A DNA stretch of 64,000 bases, from the NCBI RefSeq assembly GCF_036971445.1, contig NC_091473.1:90272001-90336000 (forward strand), given 5' to 3'. Source of the DNA: Narcine bancroftii (lineage: Eukaryota). The number at the start of each line of letters is the position of its first letter. Position 1 is the stretch's first letter. The notes under the pieces are model-generated. The model was not told the DNA's origin, made no database searches, and worked only from the letters and a program-made list of their open reading frames with translations. The position numbers were made by a program, and so were the translations under genes. Below are positions 37,401-49,439 of this stretch, piece after piece.

Positions 37401-37999
37401 TTGATCTTTCCCATCTACTAAAGCCATTCATAAAGAGCAGTTCCTAGAATTAGATCATGGTATCTGTGTGACATTCTGTTGTTTAGGGAGTGCAAGAGAG
37501 TTTCCAGTTTGCTGACATTTGTGCCTTCCTCTCTTATCTGCATATTGTAGCTGCCTGAACCGCCAAGTTCACCCAAAAAATTGGAAGATGTGACTATGAA
37601 GGAGGAGGGGGGATTGGTCATTGGGTGCACAGGCCATAAATCAATTCTTATATCTATTCATAGAACCATGCATTGCGAGCCTGTTCTTCTCCAGCGAAGC
37701 TGTTGCAGGCTCCAATGCTTGAAGAAAATGGGGAGTCATGGTTGTCAAAATGAATTCAGTTTCTTCCAGTTTGCGACAGTTGACATCTCTTGAGTATACT
37801 AGGCTACACTACATCATTGCAATACGTACATCACTGATCATCACATTTCTTTTCAAATATCGGAAGATTTTTATCAGTGGTTAGCTTTGCTCGTGACCAT
37901 AAATACTATTGACCAGACACAAGATGTCATCAGAATAAAACACCAACCGCACCATGGCGAAAATTGAACTCCACTGAGCAAATATGTCTTAATTAAAGC

Positions 38000-38592
38000 C
38001 AAGTTGAACAAAAGAGAAGGACATGGACAGAGGGGCATAATGCAGAAAATGCTAAGAGCATTTTGAGATCAAGAAAGGTGTGGTGTTGGGTCTTTAGAGG
38101 AGCATTTAATGTTCATTATTCACCTAGGCCTGATGAGATATCTTTCCAGTGAAGATATTTATGAGGCCTTAACAAAGATATTTGCATCCTCACTAGTGAC
38201 AGAAGAGGTCCCAGAGGACTGGAGACCTTTCTTGTGTATTTACTCAAAAAAAGAAAAAAAAGGAGAATCAGGAAATGTTAAGCCTCACAGCAGTGGTGGG
38301 AAAACTACTGGAAAGGATACTTATAGATAGGATTTGTTCACATCTGGAAAGTCGTTGTTAGATTACAAACAGTCAGCATGGCTTTGTGAGGGGCTGCATG
38401 TGCCTTTCCAATCTGATTGAGTGTTTTGGAGAGGTGGTTGATGGTTGATGAGGGTAGGGCAGTGGATAATGAATACATGGACATTAGTAAGCCATTTGAT
38501 AAGGTCCCTCATAAAAGGCTGATTCAGAAAGTGCACATGCATGGGGTCAATGGTGAGTTGACTATTTGGACATGGAATTGGCTGGCCCATAG
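38000..38592 (+). mobile_element. CR1 RT fragment
   Basis: EALTKIFASSLVTEEVPEDWR; DEGRAVDNEYMDISKPFDKVPHKRLIQKV. Confidence 0.85.
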
Positions 38593-38599
38593 AAATGAA

Positions 38600-39290
38600 T
38601 GCTTCTATATTTTACACCTTTGTTTTTATCTCCTTTGCACGCCTCTCAGTATGCAGAATAGCTGCTTGATTTCTTTCTGTGAAATCTTTATCTCTTGTAC
38701 TGCTTGGTGTTGGTTATGAACCATGGCCAAAATAATTTGATTCCTTGGCTGTTTTTAATGACAACTTCTGCAGTTGCTCACTGTGCTATGTTTCACCTTG
38801 AACAGCTTCTTCTTGGTCATTAACTAACTTGTGCAGCCTACAACCATGAACATTGATACTTGGGAATGATATGTATGCCATCCAAAATATCTTCTTCAGG
38901 AACCTTTAGCTTGTGTGAAGTATCTGGTGTCAAGATAAAATATGGCATTGGCAGGTGAAAGTCTTCAAAACTTAGCATCAAATTGTAAACTTGATGAATG
39001 TATACAAATAACATGCAAAAAGCCTGTTCAAATGAGCCTCCATCCCTATTTTTCCTGAGCCATTCATCTCCAAATGTTGTGCCCTCTTTATATGAGAGGT
39101 ATAGTATCAGTTGTTCTTCCCCAGATTGTGTTGAACCAGTGCATAAATATTGCAGAAGATGCATGTTGTAAAAAGGATGGAGATGGAGTCAAATGTACGA
39201 AATGTGATGAAGTCCTGAAAGAAGTTGTTGATTTTCAAGATGCATCCCATGAGATGAGAAAGTATGTTTTGTATTTGCCATGAAGAGAAC
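38600..39290 (-). mobile_element. Ancient LINE fragment, probably RTE (EN-RT linker)
   Basis: Weak YKT.SWMH, QDF.IT and PSSTRDK..RRAKEIK motifs; local homology with 7055-7090. Confidence 0.4.
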
Positions 39291-39385
39291 AAAGAAAATA
39301 GAGAATGTAACAGGAATGTAAAAGAAAGGTGTGGCAGTGTGATGTCATAATTGTATCTTGAGGGATGTAATGGAAAGGAGAGAAT

Positions 39386-39590
39386 GGGTGGCACGTTTGG
39401 CTGTTCAGCACCATTGATTGGAACAGGGGTTCAAATCCTGTGCTGTCTGTAAGGAATTTGTACGTTCTCCCTGTATCTGGGTGGTTTTTCCCTGGGGACT
39501 CCAGTTGTAGGTCAATTGGAAGAAGTTTGGTGGCAGAGGCACAAGAGCCGAAAAGGACTGTTACTGTGCAGTATGTCTAAATTAAAAATA
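39386..39590 (+). mobile_element. V-SINE
   Basis: GGGTGGCACG head, B-box GGTTCAAATCC, TGTAAGGAATTTGTACGTTCTCCC V-domain start, tail GTATGTCTAAATT. Confidence 0.8.
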
Positions 39591-39734
39591 AATAAATTGT
39601 TGAGAATAGTGGAGATAAAAGAATTGTTAAATGGTGTTAGTAGTGATGAAGAATTATGATTACACTCACTGTTCTTAACTCATTTAATCAGTGATGATGT
39701 TGTTGACACTGAGTCTTTCAGCCTATTTTGTCCA

Positions 39735-39965
39735 GATTAGAACAGCACATGATGTTGTGCTGACCTTTAGACTCCACAAAAAATTAATCTCTCCCTACCT
39801 CATAGCCCTCTATTTTCCTTTCATCCATGTGCCTAAGAGTCTCTTAAATACCCCTATTGATCCAGCCTCCACCACCATCCCCGGCAATGCAATCCAGGCA
39901 CCCTCAGCTCTCTGTGTAAAAAACTTATCTCTGATGTCTTCCCTAAACTTTCCTCCCTTCACTTT
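39735..39965 (-). mobile_element. CR1 3' fragment
   Basis: CCTCCACCACCATCCCCGGCAATGCAATCCAGGCACC..TGTGTAAAAAAC is the reverse of FFTQR..AW.ALPG.VVEA. Confidence 0.7.
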
Positions 39966-39978
39966 GGTTAATCTCCCT

Positions 39979-40220
39979 GGGCGGAAAGGTTAGCATTACG
40001 GTTAGCACAATACTATTACGTTGCCAGTGACCCAGGCTGGAACCCACTGTTGTCTTTAAGGAGTTAGTATGTTCTCCCCTGCGGGTGCTCCAGCTTCCTC
40101 CCACATTCAAAAAACATTTAGGACTAGTAGATAAATTATTCATAAGGGTGTAATTGGGTGGCGCGGGCTCATGGGCTGGAAGGGTCTGTTTCTGTGCAGT
40201 ATCTCTAAATTTTTTTTAAA
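39979..40220 (+). mobile_element. V-SINE
   Basis: tRNA-like head, V-domain, tail GGGCTCATGGGCTGGAAGGGTCTG..TCTAAATTT. Confidence 0.85.
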
Positions 40221-40878
40221 TTGCAATAATCATTTACAATTAAATTTTTGATGTGATCATGAGATTTTAGATCATGTGATTATATTTTGTTGATGCAGTT
40301 TCAAATGGTACAATTTATAATAAAGTCCAATCTGAGGTGAATATTTCAGTGAGTTTATCTTCAGCAGGAATCCTGCAATTGCTTCCTTCAATTTTCTGCT
40401 TCGGACACATAGCCATTGAGTTATATTTCCAAATTGGCAGTATATCATGTCAATCAATTAGTAATTTTTAATAAGAAATTCTTCATGGGAAATATTCAGC
40501 AGGCAGCACCTGTGGAGAGAAAAACAGAATTATCAATTGAATGACCTTTATCAGACCCAACATTCACTATTCACCAGACCTTTTGTCAGCCATTTTTGGA
40601 TTGTATGCTATGAGTCATCCAGTTTGTAAACATTCAAATTTTACTGCCAGTGCCACTGATTAATGAGTGTTTTTCTTCTTTCCCTACACTGGGAATAAAG
40701 AATACTATTATGGCATATCTTTTCATTTTTTGATCCTTATTTCTCCATTAAAAAACCTGACAACCTGGATTATTCAGTTTCACAGTTTTCACATATGGGT
40801 TCATAAAGACTGGAACTTCTGAACAAGGACAGTTAAAATATTAAATAAAAATCACATGGAACCATCTTCTTGACCTTG

Positions 40879-41078
40879 TTTAGCTGTCTGGACACACCCC
40901 TTTGGCTGACTGTACCTGTGGCTTTTCCCACAGACTCCTGAATAAAGGTGACTGTCCCACAGCCCTCTCACCAGTTCAGGACAGTCAACCAGCATGGACA
41001 TGCCTCCATTTTATTGTGAATAAAAGCCTGCCAGTTTTACATAACTTCTAGTCTTTGGGAGTTATTGAAGGTGCATCA
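40879..41078 (+). mobile_element. Solo LTR (200 bp) with 5-bp TSD CCTTG
   Basis: CCTTG at 40874-40878 and 41079-41083; 3' end GGTGCATCA; 5' end TTTAGC (TG presumably mutated); AATAAA motifs. Confidence 0.7.
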
Positions 41079-41515
41079 CCTTGTAAAAGTTGGATCTTGA
41101 GAGAGGTTGGACACACTCAGCTGATGGATGAAAAGTCATTCTAAAAATGTGAAGAAAGAAAGAAAGCAATGCATTACTTTTTTTCATTCAACCTGCATCT
41201 AAACTTGCCTCATTAAAGAAATAATTATTGAACTGCATATGTATAGTTTATTATGGTAAAGCTGTGAGAATTTTCTTTTGCAGGTTCTGAATGAAGGCCA
41301 CTGAAGGTCTAAAGATGGGATTTTGGATCTTTTCAGTCATCAAAATAACTTTATGAAGTAAGAACTCCTGTTGATTTTTTCCCCCCCTTTCTTATCAGTG
41401 CTAAGCTGATAGAGCAAAGACAGAGAAAGGAAACCAAATCTACAAGCTCTCTTTACATAAATCTCTATTTCAGTGTTTTTTTTCATTCGGATATTAAACT
41501 ATAGAAACGTGTATA

Positions 41516-42000
41516 CAGGTACTCTCCGACTTACGACCGTAATTGGGATCAATGGATCGGTTGTATCTCGAAATAGACATAGGTCAAAATTTTGCCCGCA
41601 CGCATAGAGTACCAAAGATTTAAAATCAAATCATTTTTCATCATAGATTTGATGATAACAGCTTAAAGCTTCCTGAATTTGTCGATCAACCTTGGCGAAT
41701 CTTTCCACATTCTGGTCCAGTCTTACCTTATTAGTCAGCATCCTGGGGTCCCGGGGTCCGTAGGTTGGCCTTGATTCCACATGTGCACAGGAATCAAGAT
41801 GGCCTGCGGACCCTGGGATCCCAACTAACAAGGTAAGTACGTACATTTTGGCTCTTACTTTCCCTGTATTGCTGTTATGGTTGGTCAAATACAACATAAT
41901 CCAAGTAAATTTTATATTTTTTCTTCATATTTAAAAAAAAGATTCGGTCGTATGTATGGATAGACTTAAGCCGCATAGGTCGCATATATAGGGAGCTGAG
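41516..42000. mobile_element. TcMar (Tigger-like) MITE with internal hairpin
   Basis: TA|CAGGTACTCTCCGACTTACGAC left end; degraded right end with GGTCG repeats at 41946-41995; CpG-rich. Confidence 0.6.
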
Positions 42001-43063
42001 TAACACTGGATTCCTACTAAGTGGAATTTATAACAGTCAATACTGACCAGTGTGTTTCACTCAGATAAACCTTTGATTCAATGTTGCAACAGTTTGACAC
42101 TGCAGCTCATTGACATCAGAGTGTTTCAAATGCACTTGGGATGCGCTCTATCCCTCAATGAAAGAGGGACATTTAATCAGCAATGACAATGATGGATTGG
42201 TCCTTACTTTATGGAGGTGCCTCTATCAGAGTCTCAAGAGCCATTCGAACATTGCTCGGAGTTTGCAGATTTTGTGGTGTTAGATTAAGCAAATAAAGCA
42301 TAGGAAATTATATACTCCCTTGATTGCTTAATTGGATTTTTTGTGCTCTGTTAATCATTGATGATTCGGTGTAGCTGGATTGAATACCCAAATTCCAAGA
42401 TTGGACAAATGTAAAATGTATACATTGTGGGAAATGTCCTGGAACTTAATCTGTGTTGTTTTCCAGAGAACCCTCATTATTTGTCAAGATGATTTGGGCA
42501 GACTGTGTCCAAATCTTATTCCTCTGGATTAGTTGTTCTTATTTCATCCTTGTTTCCTTTGAAGACTATATGAAATGAGAGAATAGTATGAGGAGCTGTG
42601 TACTGAAGTTAGATGACTCAGCATTTAATAGGAGTTGAAATGATGGATGTACCAAGAGAGTTATAACGGGAGAAGGGCAAAAATAAAACAATTGATTATT
42701 TCATATTAGTATTTCACTGATCCACAAATTAAACAGAAAAAAAAATTACAAATCATGTTGATCGCAGACTTCTTCATTACAAAATATATTGTACATGTTA
42801 TGTTTTGTAGAAGAAAATTCAAAAAATAATGCTGGGTGAAACTTCAGCAAGAGCAAATGTTTGGCTACAATAGGGATAATTCCAATGGAACAGGATGAAA
42901 TATAAAATCTTCAAAGACAGAAGAAAAATGGAAGACCAATAATTGTAATCATTCATTGAGATTTTTAAAATATATAAATGGGGATTAAATATGTAAAGCC
43001 AGAAATAAATAATAATCAAAGAAGAATAAGAAACAAAATGTATTATTATTTTGTAAATTACTA

Positions 43064-43613
43064 CCATATATTTTCAGTGTATAAGTTGACTGGAAGATAG
43101 GTTGACCCCCCTCCCTCCCTTTTTTTTTTTAGCTTAATTTTAATTGTTTTATGTTATATCCAGCATATAAATTGACCTCCATTTTTTGGGCTGTCATGCC
43201 TCCCTGGAACAACTCAAAATTTTTTAAAACACCCTAATCATATGTAAAAAAGCAGTAATTAAGTATAAAAAAAAACCCCTCAACCTACCAAGCAGCAGTG
43301 GCAACGGTCCATTGAGCTGAAGCGGTGATATTGTGCTCCCAGTGGGAGCAGGAACCTCAGCTTACCAGGCAGGAATGGCGACAGTGACCTCAGGGTCCCA
43401 GGTAGGAGCAGTCCGGTGATGGAGAAGTATTGGGGAATGGCGGTACCAGCAGAGGGGAGGCGCTTCCATCATCGACTTATTTGATGAATTGACATCAATC
43501 TTATTTTTGGTGGTTTTAAGATATCAAAAGTATATCCGGTGTCTAAGTCAACCCCCACTTTTTGAGAAATTTTATAAGGTTTCGTGACTCGACTTATACA
43601 CCAAAATGTATGG
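43064..43613. mobile_element. TcMar (Tc2/pogo-like) MITE, 550 bp, TA TSD
   Basis: TIRs CCATATATTTTCAGTGTATAAGTTGA / TCGACTTATACACCAAAATGTATGG flanked by TA. Confidence 0.85.
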
Positions 43614-43682
43614 TATTACATAAAATCTGCTGACTAATCAGCTTTATATTTCTAACATTTGTATTGTATCTGATTTATAGTA

Positions 43683-44001
43683 CAGGTTTTATCTCTTTAA
43701 TCCAGCACTCTGTGGTCTGGCCCCTTTTGAATCTGCCACCATTAGTTTGTAGATCTACCACCACAGCAGTGCTAGTGCCCCAAAATCTATTTGTGCTACC
43801 GTCAAGAGTTTTAGTGATACAGTCCTAGGGTTAATTTCTTATGTTCAGCTGTATTTTAGTACTCAGAATGTCATCCAAGAGACCAAGAGGGCATACGTTT
43901 ATATAGGGGGCTCCTTTAGGGGTCAATTTCCATTTTATGAATTTTCTGTGGTCTGGAAATGGCCAGGTCCAAATGTTGCTGGATTAAAGAGGTACAACCT
44001 G
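43683..44001. mobile_element. Tigger-like MITE, 319 bp, TA TSD
   Basis: 25-bp TIR CAGGTT(T/G)TA(T/C)CTCTTTAATCCAGCA, 2 mismatches, TA on both sides. Confidence 0.92.
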
Positions 44002-45634
44002 TACTTACATTAATTTTTTCATATAAAAATAGTGATGAGAAATGTTTTGTTTACAATTTATATCTTTTGAAAATTGAAAACTTCAGTAGACCCAATGCAC
44101 CAATTGCTTTATTCATTTGAGAACTTAGAGAGTAACTAGAAAGAATCTATTCAACCAAGCAGGGTGTCACAACCAATCTTAAGTCTGTTCTTACTCATGG
44201 CATAGACTTCACACGCATTCCAACAGAGGTTGGAAAGGGAAAAGGGAATCAATGCAGATCACCTTTGCTGCTTTCTAGACTGCAGGCACTAAAATCAGTT
44301 TTGGGTGCTATCAGTACAAATGGTGTCTTTACTCCTTGGGGAAAACTTACAGGGGCAGCAGATGGATATTGATTATAATCAGACACACAGAAAAGATTTA
44401 GGGATTTCAAAATCTGAGCTCACTTAATTAGCTTTTTTTTCTCTCTCATGCAAGATAGATGATGATAATACCTAATGGGAATAGCATCTATATTAATTAG
44501 GATTATTCTTTCTGTGTCTCCTCAAATGCTCCATGTGGCAAAATTTTGATGAAATTATCATTTTCTTTTGGTCCTTACAAGCTCATAAATTAGTTCCGAA
44601 AGTAGTCAATTAATGGATTATTATTTCATTATGTACTAAAAATGGAGACTAAAAAGTAATTATTCAAAAAGATCAGTTTGAATACATTTTAAATAATCCT
44701 TTCTTGGTTGAGAACGGTGGGAAATAATGAACTTTAAATAGACATTTTAATTACTGAAAAAGCACGGATGTCTTTTTTTTTGAAAATGTTATGGCATTTT
44801 GAAACAGATTAATAGTTCAGTGTGAGCGCAGTCGCCCTGCAGTGTAGTGATTGGAGTGCCATGTAATCTCAGGCTCTGGAGCTCAGCAATAGCTGTAAAA
44901 TATAATTATTCCATTGATCCTTCCTGTACGCACAACAAGATAGCTCCTGAAAGAAGGTGAATGTGTTCTTTTTACTCCCCTGTCAAGATAACGTTTTTGA
45001 TCACAGTACTATTACAACATTTGGTTCCCAGTAATAAACTAAAGAGCAGAATAATTTTTTAGGTATTAGTGATGAGAAATTCAGCAATTGCTGTAAGACC
45101 AACACTGCTACTTAAATTTTCAGTATTTCAAAGATTTAGATTGGTACATTTATGTTCTTCTTTTGTTCAGACCATCAGACTTTTCACCTCTGTGGTTAGC
45201 ATTAACACCCTTTCCTCTTGTATTTCTCTCTTCATGTTTCATGTTCTTTTGGTTTGTGCCAGGCTGTTTACCCCTCCCTTAGTTCCTTCCTCTTCCTCAC
45301 ATCTGCCTCTACATTTCTGTGCTTTGCCAGAGGTATGATGTGCCAATGTGAGGAGAAACACCCATGATATTTTTATTTTATTCTAAGTCTTCAAATGTTG
45401 CTGTTGAGGGAAATATCAAAAAAAAAAATAGAGCATGTTAATGAACTGTGATTGATCAGCCATCAAATATTCCCAGGTCAGATATGGACTATTACAATGT
45501 GCATAATGTATCTCCACTTCTTCTACAACATTTGAATAAATGTCACAAAGTGCTATAGTATCTTGCCCTAAGGAAGAATTCATTAGAGAATCAGTTATAG
45601 TGGTGGTGTGTACAATCTACTTTTCTGTTAAAGA

Positions 45635-45870
45635 AGAAAACAGAAAAAGCTGAAAAAGCTCAGCTGGTCAGGGAGCACCCATGGAAAGAAAAATGGTTAG
45701 TGTTTCAAATCTGGGATCCTTCATTAGATTTGAGAAAGCAAGAAGCAATTTAGACAAACTAGTAGAGGAGGTGAGGGAGAGCAATGGAGAACCAAGGAAG
45801 TTTTACTGGTAGGGTGAAATAGTGTGGCTGTTTAGAGCAGTTAAGTTCTTTTATCTGCAGGTCAGTCAAA
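45635..45870 (-). mobile_element. Penelope-like terminal repeat remnant
   Basis: AGCTCAGCTGGTCAGGGAGCACCCATGG..GTTTCAAATCTGGGATCCTTCATTAG, same family as 10305 and 16075. Confidence 0.55.
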
Positions 45871-45874
45871 GAAA

Positions 45875-48800
45875 AACTTGCCCATTCCCCCAGGCTAGTA
45901 GTCCTGCTGAGTGCAATGCCCCTTGCCAGCAAGTACTGATGTAGCTCCTCGCTCATAAATGATGAGCCTCGGTTGCTACGGATATAGCCGGGATACCCGA
46001 ACAGGGCAAAAATAGAATCTAGACTGTTGATAACCGAGGAGGTGGAGGTGTCTAGACATGGGCTAATAAACGGGAAATGGGAGTATTCATCAGTGATGGA
46101 GAGAAAGAATGTGTTCCTGTTCGCGGAGTGGAGAGGTCCTTTAAAATTGACCCTGAGACATTCAAAGGGCGGGGATGACTTGATCAGGTGCGCCTTTGTG
46201 GGGTGGTAGAAGTGCGGCTTGCACTCAGTGCAGACCTGGCAGACCTGGTCATTTCCCTGATATCTTCCATTGAGTAGGGCAGATTGCGTGTCTTGACAAA
46301 GTGAGTCATGCGGGTAACCCCTGGATGGCAGAACTCATTATGTAGAGACCACAGTTGGCTGATGTGTACTGAGGCATTGCTTCCTTTGGATAAGGCATCT
46401 GGAGGCTCATTAAGGGCACCTGGGCAATAGGTGATGTCATAATTGTAGGTGGAGAGTTCGATCATTTTTAATTTTGTCCCTCTTGTCGTTATTGAACATA
46501 AATGTACAAAGCACTGGTCAATGAGGAGTATAAATTTCCTACCAGCCAGATAGTGCCTCCAATGCCTGGTGGCCTCTACAGAGGGATTCTGGAGCTCGTG
46601 GCCTTGCAGGGTCTGGGAGAAAAATGCCACTGGCCTCCATTCCTGGTTAAGGATAGCGGCCAGAGCCACATCCAAAGTATCAGTTTCCACTTGGAAAGGT
46701 ACATTCTTGTCCACCGCATGCAGGGTGACTTTCGCAATGTGGCTGCTGACATAGGCAAAAGCCATTTGGGGTTCAGCTGAGAGGAGAAAAGTCGTGGATT
46801 TTAAAAGGGGGTAGTTTATCGGCATATTGAGGGATCCACTGGGCGTAATATGAGAAAAACCCCAGGCATCTCCTCAAAGCTTTCATGGACCTGGAAATAG
46901 GGAGCTCTAACAGGAGGTGCATTCTATCAGGTTCTGGGCCAATAATACCATTCTCCACCACGTACCCCAGGATAGCCAGTTGTTTAGTCCTGAAACCACA
47001 CTTGCTGAAGTTATGTGAGGTTCAGGGCTTTTGCTGTGTGGAGAAAGCTCTGACGGTTGGCATTATGATCCTCCAAGGTATGGCCACAGATGGTGACGTT
47101 ATCGAGGTAGGAGAAGGTAACCTTCAACTTATATTCATCCACCATCCTGTCCATCTGCCTCAGGAAGATAGGAACGCCATTGGTAATACCGAAAGGGAAC
47201 CTCTGGAATTGATAGAGACAGCCGTTTGCCTCAAATGCAGTATAAGATCAGTTCTTGGAATGGATTGGGAGCTGGTGATAGGCAGCCTTCAGGTTGATGG
47301 TCAAATAGATCCAATACTGCACAATATCATTCACCATGTCCAAAATTTGAGGGAAGGGGTATGCGTCCAGGAGTACAAAATGATTAATTGTTTGGCTTTA
47401 GTCAATTACTAGCCTGGACTTAGTTTCCCCTTTTACTACCACCACTTGCACTCTCCATGGGCTAGGGCTAGGTTCAATGATTTTCTCATTGAGCAAGTGT
47501 TGAGTCTCAGATTTTATGAACTCCCGATCAGCAGCATTGTACCGCCTGCTCTTTATAGCAATCGGCTTGCAATCTGGAGACAGGTTTGGGAAGAGGGGTG
47601 CGGGGTCAATATTAAGTGTGGAGAGGCTGCATGTGGGTTCCATTTTAATGGCCCTCTGTTCCAAGCCATAATGGGAGGGAGGGGACCAGAATATTCCAAA
47701 GTCACACTTTTAAGGTGACACAAGAAGTCAAGACCCAACAGTATCGGAGTACACAAATGGTTAAGCATATTAATATTAATATTAATAAAGTTTACAAAAT
47801 TCCTCCCTTCGAAAGACAATGTACAGTACAATGTTCGGGAAGTGCAAATAAGATGCTAGAAATATATGGTAATTAGAAGGATACCATTTGTTTGTATTTT
47901 TGAAAAGTCCGAGAGTCTATGAAACATCTAGTCAATTAAGCATCTAGTTGGGTTTCCGTTTACCTTGATAGCCACTAAAGAGTTGCTGAGTTAATGTGTT
48001 CTGTCTCTGTCCAGAACCATCAACGCTAGGACCCTGGAGACTCCCTAGTCCTCCTCACTCGTGCAGCCCCCTCCTTCCTGATGCGTCGGCAGCCAAGATG
48101 GCGTCGACCTCGTGGTGCAGCAAGATGGCCGCCCTTCTTCCTTCTCTGACAATGATGCCGTTAAATTCGAATTCGAATCATGGCAAGGTGGCCACCAAGG
48201 CTTTTTGCGCTGTTTTCCCATTGCCACTCTCCTTTGGTGAATAACACAGCAGGTAGACTCTGGCAAGTTCGGGGCTGAGGGTGATGGCTTGGGGGTGGAG
48301 TCAGAGTTGGGAGCTGTGCAGGCTGTGGATTTCCCAGGGGTTCCCTTCACGCAGCAGACCCTTGCCCAGGGTCCCTTCTTACCACAGCTGGAGCAGACAG
48401 AGTCCTTAGCTGGGCATCGAGCACAAGGATGCTGGCTTCTACTGCAGTACAAGCACTTCCTAGCGTGGGAGGGCTGCCGTTGGGGCAGAGGCAGCAGGGG
48501 CTGCCAGTCCTGGGAAGGGTTTGCGGGGGAGAGCATTGTCGTTGGCTTCGAGGTCGTCACTCTCGAGCTGGGTTTGTTCAAGGGACTTGGCCAGTTCAAC
48601 GTGGCTGGCCAAGTCTTTCTTACCCGACTTAAGTAGTCACATATCTCGAGCGGACCCCCACAACTAGAATGTCCTGGATCTGCTCTTCCTCACAAACATA
48701 GCTGGTAGCCATTTCATACCGTCACTTCTTGACAAGAGTCCACAGGTCAAGCAGATAGTCGTTGATGGTCTCTCCAGGCAGCTGCCAATGTAGAGCGAGT

Positions 48801-49410
48801 CAATGCCACACTAGGACTCCGTTTTGCAACTTCAGGTACCAAGCCTTCAAAGCCTCAATGGCAGCATCATAGGTTTCACAGTCCCGAATGACTCCATACC
48901 CCTTAGTCCCTACCCTGGAAACAAGGGCTGACCTCTTGAGTTCATCAATGTTAAACACGTCCAGGAGGGGGGAGGTAGGGAGGGTGGGATGGGAGGAGGG
49001 AGGGGGGGGAGAAAATGGCACTGTATATGTGTGAAAAGGAAAAAGTGTGTACCATGGTTAATGTGATTTATGGTGTGAAAAATAAAAAAATTTTTAAAAA
49101 AATGTTAAACACGTCCCTGGTCACGTTCAGGTAGGCCTGGAAGGAATCCCACCAGTAAGTAAACTCCTTGGCAGCATCTGGGGACAGAGGGTCAATCAGG
49201 AGCATGCTGGGCTTGAGCAGCACCTCCATTTAATAAAATTGTAGTGTGAATAAAAGCTCTCACAACTGGAGGGAGAACACACACTTTTATTAGCTTATAA
49301 CAAAGGGTCTTACAAGGGTCTTCAGTAGGGCTCTGGGTTTAGGTGGGAGTAGATGGGTGCGGAGCCTGGGGGAAGAGCCAGCCATCACCAGTGAATCTCA
49401 GTTCACTGCA
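45875..49410 (-). mobile_element. Gypsy LTR retrotransposon, 3'-truncated and decayed (5' LTR, gag, PR, RT, RH, IN)
   Basis: 5' LTR 49240-49410 (TGCAGTG..CACTACA on minus); gag ATG at 49229 (MEVLLKPSMLLIDPLSPDAAKEFTYW); tandem Cys knuckles in 48045-48599; PR ILLGLDFL; RT IIEPSPSPWRVQVVVV..RLVID and YLDN; RH FQVETD..RPVAFFSQTL; IN HPGVTRM..IDFKGP..GSSFMS. Confidence 0.92.
48963..49100 (+). mobile_element. L1 3'UTR stub inserted in Gypsy gag, 16-bp TSD
   Basis: TSD AATGTTAAACACGTCC at 48947-48962 and 49101-49116; homologous to the reverse complement of 4493-4635. Confidence 0.92.
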
Positions 49411-49439
49411 CACTCCCCAGCATCATTTTCCAGCAGTCT

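Noticed and set aside
38838-39283. Processed pseudogene or Cys-rich exon
   Set aside because: No recognisable protein, and local homology with 7055-7090 indicates an old dispersed repeat.
46885-47412. 175-aa + strand ORF
   Set aside because: It is the antisense shadow of the Gypsy RT.
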